From contig CP075495.1 in NCBI GenBank assembly GCA_021613535.1, positions 7,130,001 through 7,194,000 of the forward strand: a DNA stretch of 64,000 nt, read 5' to 3'. The notes beneath the pieces were generated by a model that did no database searches, was not told the DNA's origin, and saw nothing but the letters and a program-made list of their open reading frames with translations. Source of the DNA: Adineta vaga (Eukaryota; Animalia; Rotifera). Positions 30,054 to 42,077 of the stretch are shown here, piece by piece (positions within the stretch are counted from its first letter, which is position 1; each line of letters starts with the position of its first letter). The position numbers and the translations under genes were made by a program.

Positions 30054-33000
30054 ATGATGCAATTTTTCATACGTCTTGTTTTTTCCCTCACATTTATCTA
30101 TCTAGTAAGTGTCATATTTCTATACATTGAATTTGAGTTTTCTATTTTACTTTCAAGACTCATGCAGCTGTGCTGAAATCTTCAATGAATAATAATTATC
30201 CACAAATAGCCGTACTAGGATGCGATTCTAACAAAGCAAATTTATATTATGATGTTCAACGACAAGTATGGGTTGAACATTTAGTTAGTTCATGTGTAAA
30301 AGATGAGCAAAGTATTCTTGAATTTTGTCAACAAGTAATATTCTTTCAAGAAAAAGGAAATGCTAAAATTCATTCTTTTCTTTGAAATCTTTTTCTTCAG
30401 GCTTATCCATCGTTGAATATTGGCAATATTGTTCGACTTGAAACTGTATTACGTTTTGAAAATTGGTGTGAATTACTTCCACGAATTGATAATAATATTC
30501 CTCGTTGCAAAACTGAGAGTCAATCTGAAGAAGTTGTTCAACCATTTCGTTGTTTACATAGCAATTCTCAACGTGAAGAAACATCTTATCCTACTCTTGA
30601 CTGTACAATCAATCGTATCAATGAAACAGGTGAATGTTTACGTGCTGAAAAATGGCAACAATATGCATCCCTTGATTGTTCCAAGAAATCAATGGTATTA
30701 AACAGTACAATAATGACAATGGATTGGTGTGGATTATCTGCATTTCGTGGAATTGAATATATTTGCTGTCCAGCAAAAGGTATTAAAACAAAAATGAATA
30801 AGATCAAGATACGAATAATTCTATTCTATTTTAGATGTTAGTGCAACAAATGAATTTGAAACAAGTTTTGGTGATCAAGATGTTGATGCTTTAAATGAAG
30901 ATGATCCCGTATCAGATTTTATTGTTGTACCAAAAACAAGTACAATTGCGACACAACGAAAGATTCTTGCCATGTCACTTGCATCACGTAAGAGAATAAT
31001 CGATTTTTTTTCCTTTTCTTTATCTTTATCTTTGATTGTATCTTTTCTCAAGGCGAACCAAATTGGATGGAAGATTATCGTCAATGGAATACTGATCGAG
31101 GATATTTTTCCAGTATATATTTGATGAAATTTCTTTCTTGAAGAAGATATGATCTTTGTTTTTTAACAATTTAGATGATGAAGATATCAATGATGATCAA
31201 GAAGAGATAAAATTATCTTCAGCAAAAAAATCTCATTTAACTCTAAATGAACATGAACGATTTACCAAAGAAAAAGAAGAATTTAAACGCAAATATCAAC
31301 AACAAATTGAAGATGTTAGTGAATATGTTTTTCGTTTTGTTCGATTTTCTTATTCATTCAAATTTTTTAGTTGAAATCTCGTTGGCAAAAACAACAAGAT
31401 AATATCAAATCACAAACCAAACAGAATCCGACTAATGCCCAAAGACAATACGAAAGAACTGAAATCGAATATCGTCAAGAATATGAGACGATCAAACAAA
31501 TAGCTAGTCAAGAACGAACACGTATCAATGAATTGCACGAAAAAAATCTCGATAAAATACTTAGTGAAGCTAAAGATGAAACAAATCAAAAATTAATTAC
31601 TGCTTGGAACGAAAAACCTCCTAAGGTAAAAGCAAATTGATTTTTTTTCTTTCTTCATTGTTTATTTATATGGTTATCTAATCTAACATACTGTCTATTA
31701 CGTATGAGAAAAGGCATGCCAGTATGATTGTCTATATGTTTATTTGACAAACGAATGAAAGAAATATAAACATATGTAAAGTAGTCTGGTTTATTAGTGA
31801 TGATAGCATGCATATTTGATGATAGAAAAGATTTCATATATATAGTCACCACTAATATGATTACAAATAAACATCGTTTTTGAACTGATAGACATCTTTA
31901 GTTAAGTAAACACTTGACAATATAGTACTTATCGATTCTCAGTGAATTTATAGTTCTTTCTTGCTTCATTCGAAAGCATTAGATATGTGCTTACATTTTT
32001 TTCTTCTTCTAGTTATAATTTTAATGTAAGTTATATTTGCTAAATCGATCTTGCTCATTATTGCTCTTGAAAGGCGAAAAAGAAGCTCGAAATTGTGTTA
32101 AATTATGAATTGTATTTATTTTTCTTTTTCGTTTCTTAAAATTTGTTTTTCTTTAGGCAAAAACGATTGAAGAAGCTCTATATAATTACCTTCATGTATT
32201 ATTACGCGATCGTATACATCTTGTTAATCGTTATGAACGTTTACGTGCTGTCGATCCTCAACAAGCTGAACGTAAACGAGTATTTATTCATGAACGATTA
32301 CGTTCGATTGCTAATGAGATCAATCAAGCATTAAATCAACTTCGACGATATTCGACAATTCAATCTCAGATTCAGCAACGAATTGGTATGAATATCAACT
32401 AAATAGATAATTATTTTTTCTCCAAATATTATTTTTTTAGATGACCTTTTGGCTGAATACGATGAAGTTAATCAAGCAGCGGATAGATTAATATCAACCT
32501 ATATGGCTTCATTGTCAACAACAACAACAACAACAAGAAGAAATCGAATATTACCATTAGGCCGAGATGAAAAGAAGATTTATCCAAATGCTAAAGGTAC
32601 ATTGAATAAAATATCAAATAATAATGACGATGTTGATGACAATACCAATAATGAATATAATTATGATACTGATGATGATTATGATGATGATGACGATGAT
32701 GAAAATACAACAAAATCAACGAATAATATTGATCAAGTTGAACTTGATGATACAAAATGGGATTTAGACGTTGATTCGGATGCAACTTTTGATGTCAAAC
32801 TTGTTCCAACAAATGATGAACAAATGTTCAATAAGATTCGTCCATTATTACCAGCTACTGAAAAAGAAAATCGTCCTGTTCGACGCCAATTATTTCCAAC
32901 TTATCTTTACTATATTCTTGGAAGTATAGTTCTTATCAGTGTCATTTTTGGTCTCATCATTTTTCGTCTTATTGTTCAACAACGAAGAAAATATCAATAT

Positions 33001-33138
33001 GGTAAATATGAGAAAAATTATACATTTACTGAAGTGGATTCATATACACCGGAAGAAAAAGCTTTACATGCATTACAGATGAATGGTTATGAAAATCCAA
33101 CGTATAAATTTTTCGAAAGTCAAACACCTAAATGTTAA
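30054..33138 (+). CDS. Amyloid precursor protein-like (APP/APL-1 family)
   Basis: Signal peptide, Cys-rich E1 domain (PQIAVLGC, ILEFCQQAYP, VQPFRCL, FRGIEYICCP), helical E2 domain, acidic linker, TM segment, and the intracellular tail EVDSYTPEEKALHALQMNGYENPTYKFFE. Confidence 0.95.
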
Positions 33139-35378
33139 ATGAAAATCTCTCTTTTTTGTCAAAGATTTTACGTTCATAGTTTCGTATGCTTTGATTTCCT
33201 TCGTTTCTTTTTCGTTCTATTCCATTTTGAATTCTATAGTTAGATGTTACACATTAAATTTAATCTCACAGCAAAATACTTTTTTTTCTTCTTCTCGAAA
33301 ACATCAAACAAGATCATGTTGTTTGTTCATTTTGGCGATGGTTGTTTTCCGTTTAAATGACTATTGTCACAGATAATACGCATACATAATATGACGAATC
33401 GATTTTTTATTTCAAATTTATTCTTTATTCATGTAGACTGCACAGTGTTTTTTCTCCTTCTTTTCTTTTTTTGTAATATACATATATTTAGAGAAAAAAA
33501 TGTGGAAACGGATGTTTCTTTCGGTTTTTTTTGCGTCTGTAATCATTTGTCGGTTTTCTTTCTTAATAAAAAATAATTATAACGATTTATGTATTACGTC
33601 TATCGGATGAATAATTCTTGAAGGCTATAAATCTAGTGCCACCAATGATTTAAAGAAGAAGAAAAAGGTGTGCTCATTAATCAATGCATTTGGCTTTTCT
33701 TTATATGAGAATTTATGACCTTGTAGTAGTCGACATCTAATCAATATCAGATCATTCGTTATTGTTTATATCACATAGATCTTTAAAGAATGTCATTTAA
33801 GGGAAAAGAATGTGATTGACATGTCTATCTGAGGACAAACAAGAAAATGACTAATGATAATTATTAAGTGAAGAAAAAGATCAAGATAGCGTTTCTATTC
33901 TCATATTGATGTAGTATTATATATGAAATAAAGAAATTTTCAAAAAAAAAAGTCTCTGGATAATAAAACTTCTATGTAATCAAGTTGATTTGTTCTTTTT
34001 TCTATGATGTTGATTAGAAGTTCAAAGTCAATAAAGATGTCTTAGGAATGTCTTTGAGCGTAGGCATATTCAATACATAATTGATCAAAAGAATATCCGG
34101 AATAGTAAAAATCATCATTCAAAAGACTTAGGAATCTTGACTTACAATGACATTTAATTTAAATTCATTTCTTTTGTTTATTGAGTATAAAAGAAATGGA
34201 CTAATAGTCATTGAATTATTTGCAGATCATCATTCATCGATCATGATCGATAGTTCTCAAAAAGATCCTAATTGAATTTTGTTCTATTCTATTGAAATCA
34301 CTTGATTTATTCTCAGGAATATCTGTTCTGATGTTAAGGAAAAGATTTGCTTGAATAGAAAACTGATGGTTAAGTAATTTTTTGTCGAATCAACAATGGT
34401 GAGTGACTTTTCTAAGTAGGACTGTGTATGTCAGTGCTTTAATGAGCTTTTCTTTCTGTGACTAATAAATATTTCATTACTTTTCATTGCTAATGCAAAA
34501 GAAAAACTAGACTCAATTCTGCTATTTGTTGATGAGTGTGCCATCGATTCTAAACATGTCATTTTTTCTTCTTTGGGAAACTAATATGAGGAAAAACTTT
34601 TATTTCCCGTTTTGCTCTTCGAAGGAAAAATGAGACGAGACGAAAAGAAGAATGCACGCGCCGTCTATGATCGACTGAGAGAAAGTAAGTATACTAAAAG
34701 CTGTAAATTGCACATGTTAGAATAGTAAAACTCTGTGTAAATATAATGGAAAGAAAAAAGGAAAGGAATTTAGTTTCTGATGCATTGATTCTCTAACGAG
34801 ATGCACGAGAGTAATCAAACAAAAACGTCATCCTCACATACACATAAAAGAAGAAGATAAATGAACGCAGAACTTCTTTCGATTATTTTCGTTGAAGATT
34901 TTTCTACGTCTTTTATCAATCGATTTAGTCTAAGACATGGATTCAATGATAAACTGTCGATCACCTTGAAACTAAAAAAAAACTAATCAATACACAACTT
35001 GTTTTATCCTGTCGACATTCATTTCCTTTTCTTATTTTTCTTTCGACATCTGTCCGTCTTATCCTTCTTTGATTTATAAACTAGTCGTTTTTCATTTGTC
35101 TGTTGATTGCTGAAGCAAGAAGTACGTTTTTTGTATCTACCTCATATTCCGCAGATCTTCTCTATACATTTTTTTATGTCTCTATGGAGCAGAATATATA
35201 TTCGATCTATTCTCATCGAATAGAATGAGAGAGAGAGAGACATTTTTTCATTATATTTGTATTCATCAAGCCTCTCGACTATTCATTCGAGGCAAAAAAC
35301 GATCATTATTTACATAGAAAATTATTTTCAATATACCTATTGTCTTTCTATATTCACCTTTCTTTTTTGCATTCTTAG

Positions 35379-36548
35379 ATGGATTGGAATCGATTTCATG
35401 CCTCAGCAAGTATTGCTTTACTTCGTACATTATTGATCTGCATTAACGTCATATTTGTGGTAAATAAAAACAATCAGAAATTTTAACTCATAAAAATATT
35501 TATTTTATTGTTTTAGTTCAGCGGTGGAATATTATTTCTACTTGGAATTGTTCTACGAGGTAAACTTTCAACATTGCTGGACATAACACCAGAAATGAGT
35601 TCATCAGCACCTTATATTTTGGTATTATATTTTTTTTGAAAAATGAATTTACACAATTTGAAATCATTTTTGTTTTGTTTAGATTGGTCTTGGTCTTATT
35701 ATTTTCTTTATTGGTTTATTTGCATTCTGGTAAGAATATTTGATTAAAACTATGAACATAATTTTTGAAATTTATTTTCATCAGGTGTACACTGAAAGGA
35801 CATGTTGCATTATTATATCTTGTAAGAATACATGATCAATTATTTAAATTACTTTTCTATAATTCATATCTCTTTTACTAGTATTCAACTGTTGTTTTTC
35901 TTATTTTTGCTGCAGAAATTTTACTGGCTGTAACAGTTCTAATGAAACAACAAACTGTATGTCGAAAGAGAACAGCAGAGATACAAGTTCGATTGTTTTT
36001 GTTTTTTGTTTTCAGTATGTAGACACATTAAAATCAAGTTTAACAAATGTTATGCGAGAATATGAAAATGAACCGATGAAATCTCATGTTGATCGTCTTC
36101 AAGAAACCGTATGTGAAATCTTACTAGAAAAAGAAACATTTCTAGTTTATTTTTCTTTCTTGATTATATAGTTATCATGTTGCGGTGTAGATTCCTATGA
36201 AGATTGGTTTCAAACTCCATATGGCCAAACACTTCTTCAAGTGCCTGTATCATGTTGCAAAAAAGATTTGAATCATGAATGTTCACATGTTAATTTAAAG
36301 AAAGGATATCTACAAGCTGATATCAATACTAATGTAAGTTTTCTATATAGTTTAGAAGTAGGAATACAAAATAAGGAAAAAAATTTCTTTAGGGTTGTTA
36401 TGCAACAGTTATCGGAGTAATTAAAAATAATTATCCGATCTTTGGCGGAATTATTATTGTTATTGCATTATTTCCATTGATTGGAGTTATTCTTGCTTGT
36501 TGTTTAGCAAGACAAATGCGTAAACAACGTTATGAACAAGTTGCTTAA
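35379..36548 (+). CDS. Tetraspanin (TSPAN7/CD63-like)
   Basis: Four TM segments across short exons. Large extracellular loop LQETLSCCGVDSYEDW...VPVSCC...GC. C-terminal YEQV sorting motif. Confidence 0.92.
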
Positions 36549-39093
36549 ACATACGAAGAAAAGTTTTTCAACTTATTATTTTAATGAGCAGTTCTCTTTT
36601 TTCTCTTATGGCATAATTTATTTTATTAATGTTGTCAGTCTGTCTATTAATTATTCATCCGGTTCGATTGCTTATTTGTTTTTCAAAAAGAAGAAAAATT
36701 ATTTTATTGTTGCTTTTTATTGTTCGTCTTCTACCTACGGTTTTACTGTTGTTGAAATGAATGGAAAATAATCATGTGAAATTTAAAGAATGTATTTTAA
36801 AATAAACGTATGAAAGAAAAGGGAACATTATGTAATCTAGTTTATTTTTTAGTTTACGATCGAACGATCATGGAATTAAGGGCGTAATGAAGGAGAAGAG
36901 TGCATAGAGAGTTGCACGCCCTCTCGTACTCTAGAAAATTTGCTGCTTTTTATACCAATAAAATCGACAAAAAGGATGTTCATGTTGGATTTTAATGAAT
37001 ACAAGTGTTTCGCCTCCCCCGTGCATATGACATATACACAAAAACAAGTTAATCTTTTTGTAATTGTGCATTTTCCTCAATATCCCGTTCGGTAATTGTG
37101 AAGTCGTGCAATGATTGTAAGTCAGGATTGTGATTTAATACTGTCGGTCATGTTCTTGATAATAAAAAACTACATTGGTATGCTCAGTTATACGCAATTA
37201 TCATATGTTGTCCATTAATTAATGAAATTGTTTTTCTTCAATATTATTAAGCACGAATAATCTTTTGAATTACTTAAAATAATCTAAAACTAGTAAATAT
37301 GCATTGTTTATTAAGTTCTACTCAATTCTTACTCAATATTTCATTCGTGAAATAAGAAGACGTGTTATAACACATTCTTTCTTCGATCAAATCAAGGTTC
37401 AGATAGATCGAATATTTATTTCGAGGTAATAAATATCATTTATCTTCTAGGAAAACAATCTTCGATAGAAGCATGTTTATTTTTACATTAGCCATTCAAT
37501 CCGTATTTTTCTTACATTTTATTATCATGATTCGAACAACTAAATCTCTGACAAGAATTAACACGACAGTTATTGTTATTATTTCTCTTTCTCATTTTTA
37601 ATCAAATAAATGAAATAATGTCTATGAATAGTGTGATGAGTTCTATCAACACTGAATCTAATCAAACTAATCTATTCTCTTTAGAAACGAAGCATTTGCC
37701 GAAAATAAACAATAGTATTGTCCAGAATTTCTGAGTACATACATTGTTTTCCTCTTATCAAGATAATCGATGAACTTCATTTTCATGCTCGTCTAAAGCA
37801 TCGCGTCATTAATGTTTTAAGATCAAATAAAATCGTTTGTTATTCTGAAGTCAATAGGTCTGAAATATTGATTGTTTCGTTAGTCATATTTTTATGACTG
37901 TATCATATCAATTACTTACTATCACCATGACTTTCTACTGTATGTTAGTCATTTAAACTTAAACAGTAAGAATGACATCATCGTAAAATTTTCAATCAAA
38001 CATTTACTTAACTAAATTGCAACGAAAATTTGTGTATAGAGGAATGTTAAAAGACACATTATTGTTGTATCTTCGCAACACATCTTCTTACAAATATTAT
38101 TTCAACACTTTAAAATTGTTGCTACCTAATATGTTTGTTGATTCCATAGAAAATGAAATTCATTCAGTCAACATTTACATACTTCACATATATTTATTGT
38201 CATAAACGCATTTGACAAAAAGATGAACTTTCTCGTAGATATATATATATATTAGTTCGTACGTAAAATGATATAGAATAAGAAGAAATCGATCTTGAAT
38301 AGCGGAAATAAAAGAACTATTTCCTGTTTGAAAGTTCATTACATGTAGTGACCTCTCGAATAGATTTGATTTTCATTGGTTAATTTAACATAACCAATGT
38401 ATTGTTTATAACTTGGGAGTGGGTGGACTGGAGGGTGAAGTAAGGAAGAGGACGACGCGCGTCTATTTGTTTTGTTTTTTGGGAAGGGAAAGAGAAAGAG
38501 AGAAATAGACGTCGATTTTTCTTCTCTTTCTCATCGTTTATAGAAGAAAAAAGTGTGTATATATATATATTATATTATATATATATTGTTTCGCAACTCG
38601 TGGTCGGTGATGAAAGACTCATTTTGATTACGACAACATCATTCATACTCCAACGTTATTTTGGTGTGTAATTAGGTGATATATATATATATGTATATAT
38701 AAATACAATTGTTTTGTTTTTTTTTCGTGTTTTATTTTACCTATTCGTAAGTTCGTTTCTTTTTGTTGATATTCTAATCACAAAATCATTACAAATTAGA
38801 TAGAAGAAAATAATAATTATTATTTTAACAAAAGAAGTGAACGAAGAAAAGATTTGTCATTACCCTCGATAGTTTTTACGATAGCAAAGAGAGAGAGAGA
38901 GAAAAAACAAACTATGTAAAATATGTCCCGTGAGCAAATATGTCAGCAGACGTTCTTATTGAGTCATTGTGATTGGAATATGAAGACATTTCATATGATT
39001 GATTTATTAAATATTGTTTTAGATTGTATCAAATATTATCAAATTTGGAACGAATTCTTCTTCTTTTATCACATCAATCAAAATCGATTGATC

Positions 39094-40965
39094 ATGTCGA
39101 AAATGCCATTTAGTTCGTTATTAGCACCTCGGTCGAAGACTGATCATGCTAAGCAATTACGAGAGTATTTTACTGTGATTGAAAATGAACAAGATAAAGA
39201 AAAGAAGCATTATGAAGATGTAAGTTTATTTTTAAAATGAGAATTTTTCTTCAAAAAAATTAAAACATTATTTTTTAGGCAATTAAAAATATTCACAAAA
39301 CTTTAATTGCATTAAAAGATGGTCTATTCGGTCCTCGTGATGGTAGTAGTGAACCTGCGATAAGTGATGTTTCACAATTATGTAGTGGAATCTATTCACA
39401 AGATTTAATGACAATAATGATCAATAATTTAAGTCGTGTAACATTCGAAGATCGAAAAGAAATTGTAGCAATTTTTAATAATCTATTACGACGACAAGTT
39501 GGAACGAAATATCCCGCTGTTGATCATATTGTTCAACGACCGGGAATTTTATTCAAATTAATTGAAGGGTAAGATTACTAGAAGAATATCATCAGATGTA
39601 GTTTTCAATATATATATATATACGTTTAATTAGATATGAAAATGCTGATATTGCATTGAATTGTGGGATGATGTTACGTGAATGTGTACGTGTGCAAGAA
39701 TTGGCTGACATTATATTAAAATCACCAGATTTCTACAAATTTTTTGATTATGTACAAAAGTCAACATTCGATATTGCTAGTGATGCATTCGCTACATTTA
39801 AAGTATGTTCTTATGAATAGAGAAGAAGTTATTTTTATCATTCAGGACGTGTTGTATCACAGTAGGAAATATCCGAATGATAAGTAGAGGTTTAATATTC
39901 TAAGATTAGATTGCGGATGAAAGAGTGAGAATCAAGTCAAAGAGTATTACTAAATGATCTTCTATTAATAACTTCAATCGTTTCTATTTAAGGATTTACT
40001 AACAAAACATAAACCATTATGTGCAGATTTTCTTGAACGAAATTATGATCAATTCTTCAATAAATATCGTGATTTGCTCAATTCAGAAAACTATGTTACA
40101 CGTCGTCAATCATTAAAAGTAAGTTGATTATCTGTCGACTCGTGTTGTTTTCTTTCTTACTGTAAGAGAATATGAAATCAACTAGATTTTATCAACAATC
40201 ATAATGGAAAATACAAATTTGAGTATTTTAAAAAAGTTTTCATGTGATCTTGATAAATTTACACTTGTCTATGGATTATTTCCATCAGATGCATTTATTT
40301 TAAATACGAAATTAACAATTAGTACCAATCTACTCACTATTTCGGCATTTGATATATATAAACGAGAAGTTTTCGATATATTTAAAGTAGTATAGATCAA
40401 ATTCTTGAATTATTTTGCTTTGTTTTTTGTTTAATCAGTTGTTTTGCAATTTTTATTTGTTCTTTTTTCATTTCAGTTACTTGGAGAATTGCTGCTTGAT
40501 CGTTATAATTTTTCGGTGATGACAAAATATATAACTAATACAGACAATCTCAAACAACAAATGAATTTATTGAAAGAAAAAAGCAAAAATATTCAATTTG
40601 AAGCATTTCATGTTTTTAAGGTTTTTTGCTTTGATTTACTTTCTTTCTTTTTCTTTTTCTTTTTATATATCAATCTTATTAAATTTTATTTAATTATTCT
40701 TCATTATTATTTAGATATTCGTGGCCAATCCAACAAAACCCAAAGCTATTTCTGATATACTTCTTCGTAATCGAGAAAAACTTATTGATTTTCTGACGAC
40801 ATTTCATACAGATCGTAAGTTTTTCTGATCTTTCTCTATTGTAATACTATTTCGGTTGTTTTTTAAATTTACATTCGAAATATAGGTACAGATGATGAAC
40901 AGTTCAATGATGAAAAAGCCTTTTTGATCAAGCAAATCAGTGAATTAAAAGACACCAAAGCTTGA
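39094..40965 (+). CDS. CAB39: Calcium-binding protein 39 / MO25
   Basis: [88 protein letters not shown] and [15 protein letters not shown]. Confidence 0.97.
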
Positions 40966-41921
40966 GATTCATTTTCTTTTTGTGTATGTGTTATGTGTAT
41001 AAATTTTCCTCTTTTTTCTTTTTGTTGCTCATTATAAACACATACACATAAATCTCCCTTTCTTCTTTCTCGCTCTCACGTCTCTTCTAAAAATCCCCTC
41101 CACAAAGAATTTGTGAATGACCGTCCTTGTAAAACGTTTATCGTCATTGTCTTTTCTCTTTCGTTCTTCTTTTTCTTCTTTGTGTCTTTCATTGATAATT
41201 TGTGAGAAAGACGAAATTCTGCGCTATGCTGCTGTTTTGTTCATTTGTCTATGCTACATCCATTGCTGCCCGCTTTTTATCAATTTCATCGTCGCCGCTG
41301 AACTCATGTACGTAGCAGGACATTATTCTTTTCTCATTTTTCTTCTTTTTATTCTTGTCGTTCAATACGACAGACAGACATACATTTACATATGTGCACG
41401 GTTAGATTACTGAACTGAGAAAAAGATATATGTTGAAACAAGTGAGGAAGAAATACAAAAACAAAGATACATTCATACTGAGAGAATACACGATTGTGCA
41501 ATCAATCATAAAAAAAATATGAATAAAAAATATAGGAAGAAATTCTTTATGATTGATTGTTGCATTTTCGATCAAGGGATTTTTATTACTCGGATAAAAG
41601 ATCGAATTTGAAATGAGAATCATTAATATATTCTCCTTATAGTATAAATTCCAATATAAAAAAGATTTTCAAATTAACACAACAAATGTTTCCAATATGG
41701 AAGAATTATTATCGCAAGAAATAATATGCATTTCTGTTTTCCATCTGATATATATATATACGATCAAATCGTAGATGCAGATAATTGTTATATCGTCGAA
41801 TGAGAACTCATTTTTATATAATATCAATTACGAATCAATAGTTTATAAGAGATCATTACTGGTCACAAAGACTCTTGTAAATGATTTTTATATAGAGTCA
41901 GTTAAATAATAAAATGGATTT

Positions 41922-41928
41922 TATAAAA
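41922..41928 (+). promoter_or_regulatory. TATA-like element at about -30 of the 5S rRNA gene
   Basis: TATAAAA lies 25-31 nt upstream of the 5S +1. Confidence 0.45.
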
Positions 41929-41952
41929 CGGTGTTGATTAGAGTATACTGTC

Positions 41953-42071
41953 GCTTACGGCCATACCACGTTGAATACACCAGTTCTCGTCCGATCACTG
42001 AAGTTAAGCAACGTCGGGCTCGGTTAGTACTTGGATGGGTGACCGCCTGGGAATACCGAGTGTCGTAAGCT
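41953..42071 (+). rRNA. 5S rRNA: 5S ribosomal RNA, single copy
   Basis: 119 nt, GCTTACGGCCATACCACGTTGAA...CCGATCACTGAAGTTAAGC...TTAGTACTTGGATGGGTGACCGCCTGGGAATACCGAGTGTCGTAAGCT. The termini pair (GCTTACGGC with GTCGTAAGC). Confidence 0.98.
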
Positions 42072-42077
42072 TTTTTT
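42071..42077 (+). terminator. RNA polymerase III oligo-T terminator
   Basis: T7 run immediately at the 3' end of the 5S gene. Confidence 0.85.

Noticed and set aside
36879-37025. Short GC-richer patch with inverted repeat AGGGCGT/ACGCCCT, possible MITE remnant
   Set aside because: The arms are only 7 bp, with no terminal inverted repeat pair, target-site duplication or second copy in the window.
39913-39932. GGATGAAAGAGTGAGA resembling U3 snoRNA boxes C'/B
   Set aside because: There is no box A/A', box C or terminal box D, so only the fold is reported.
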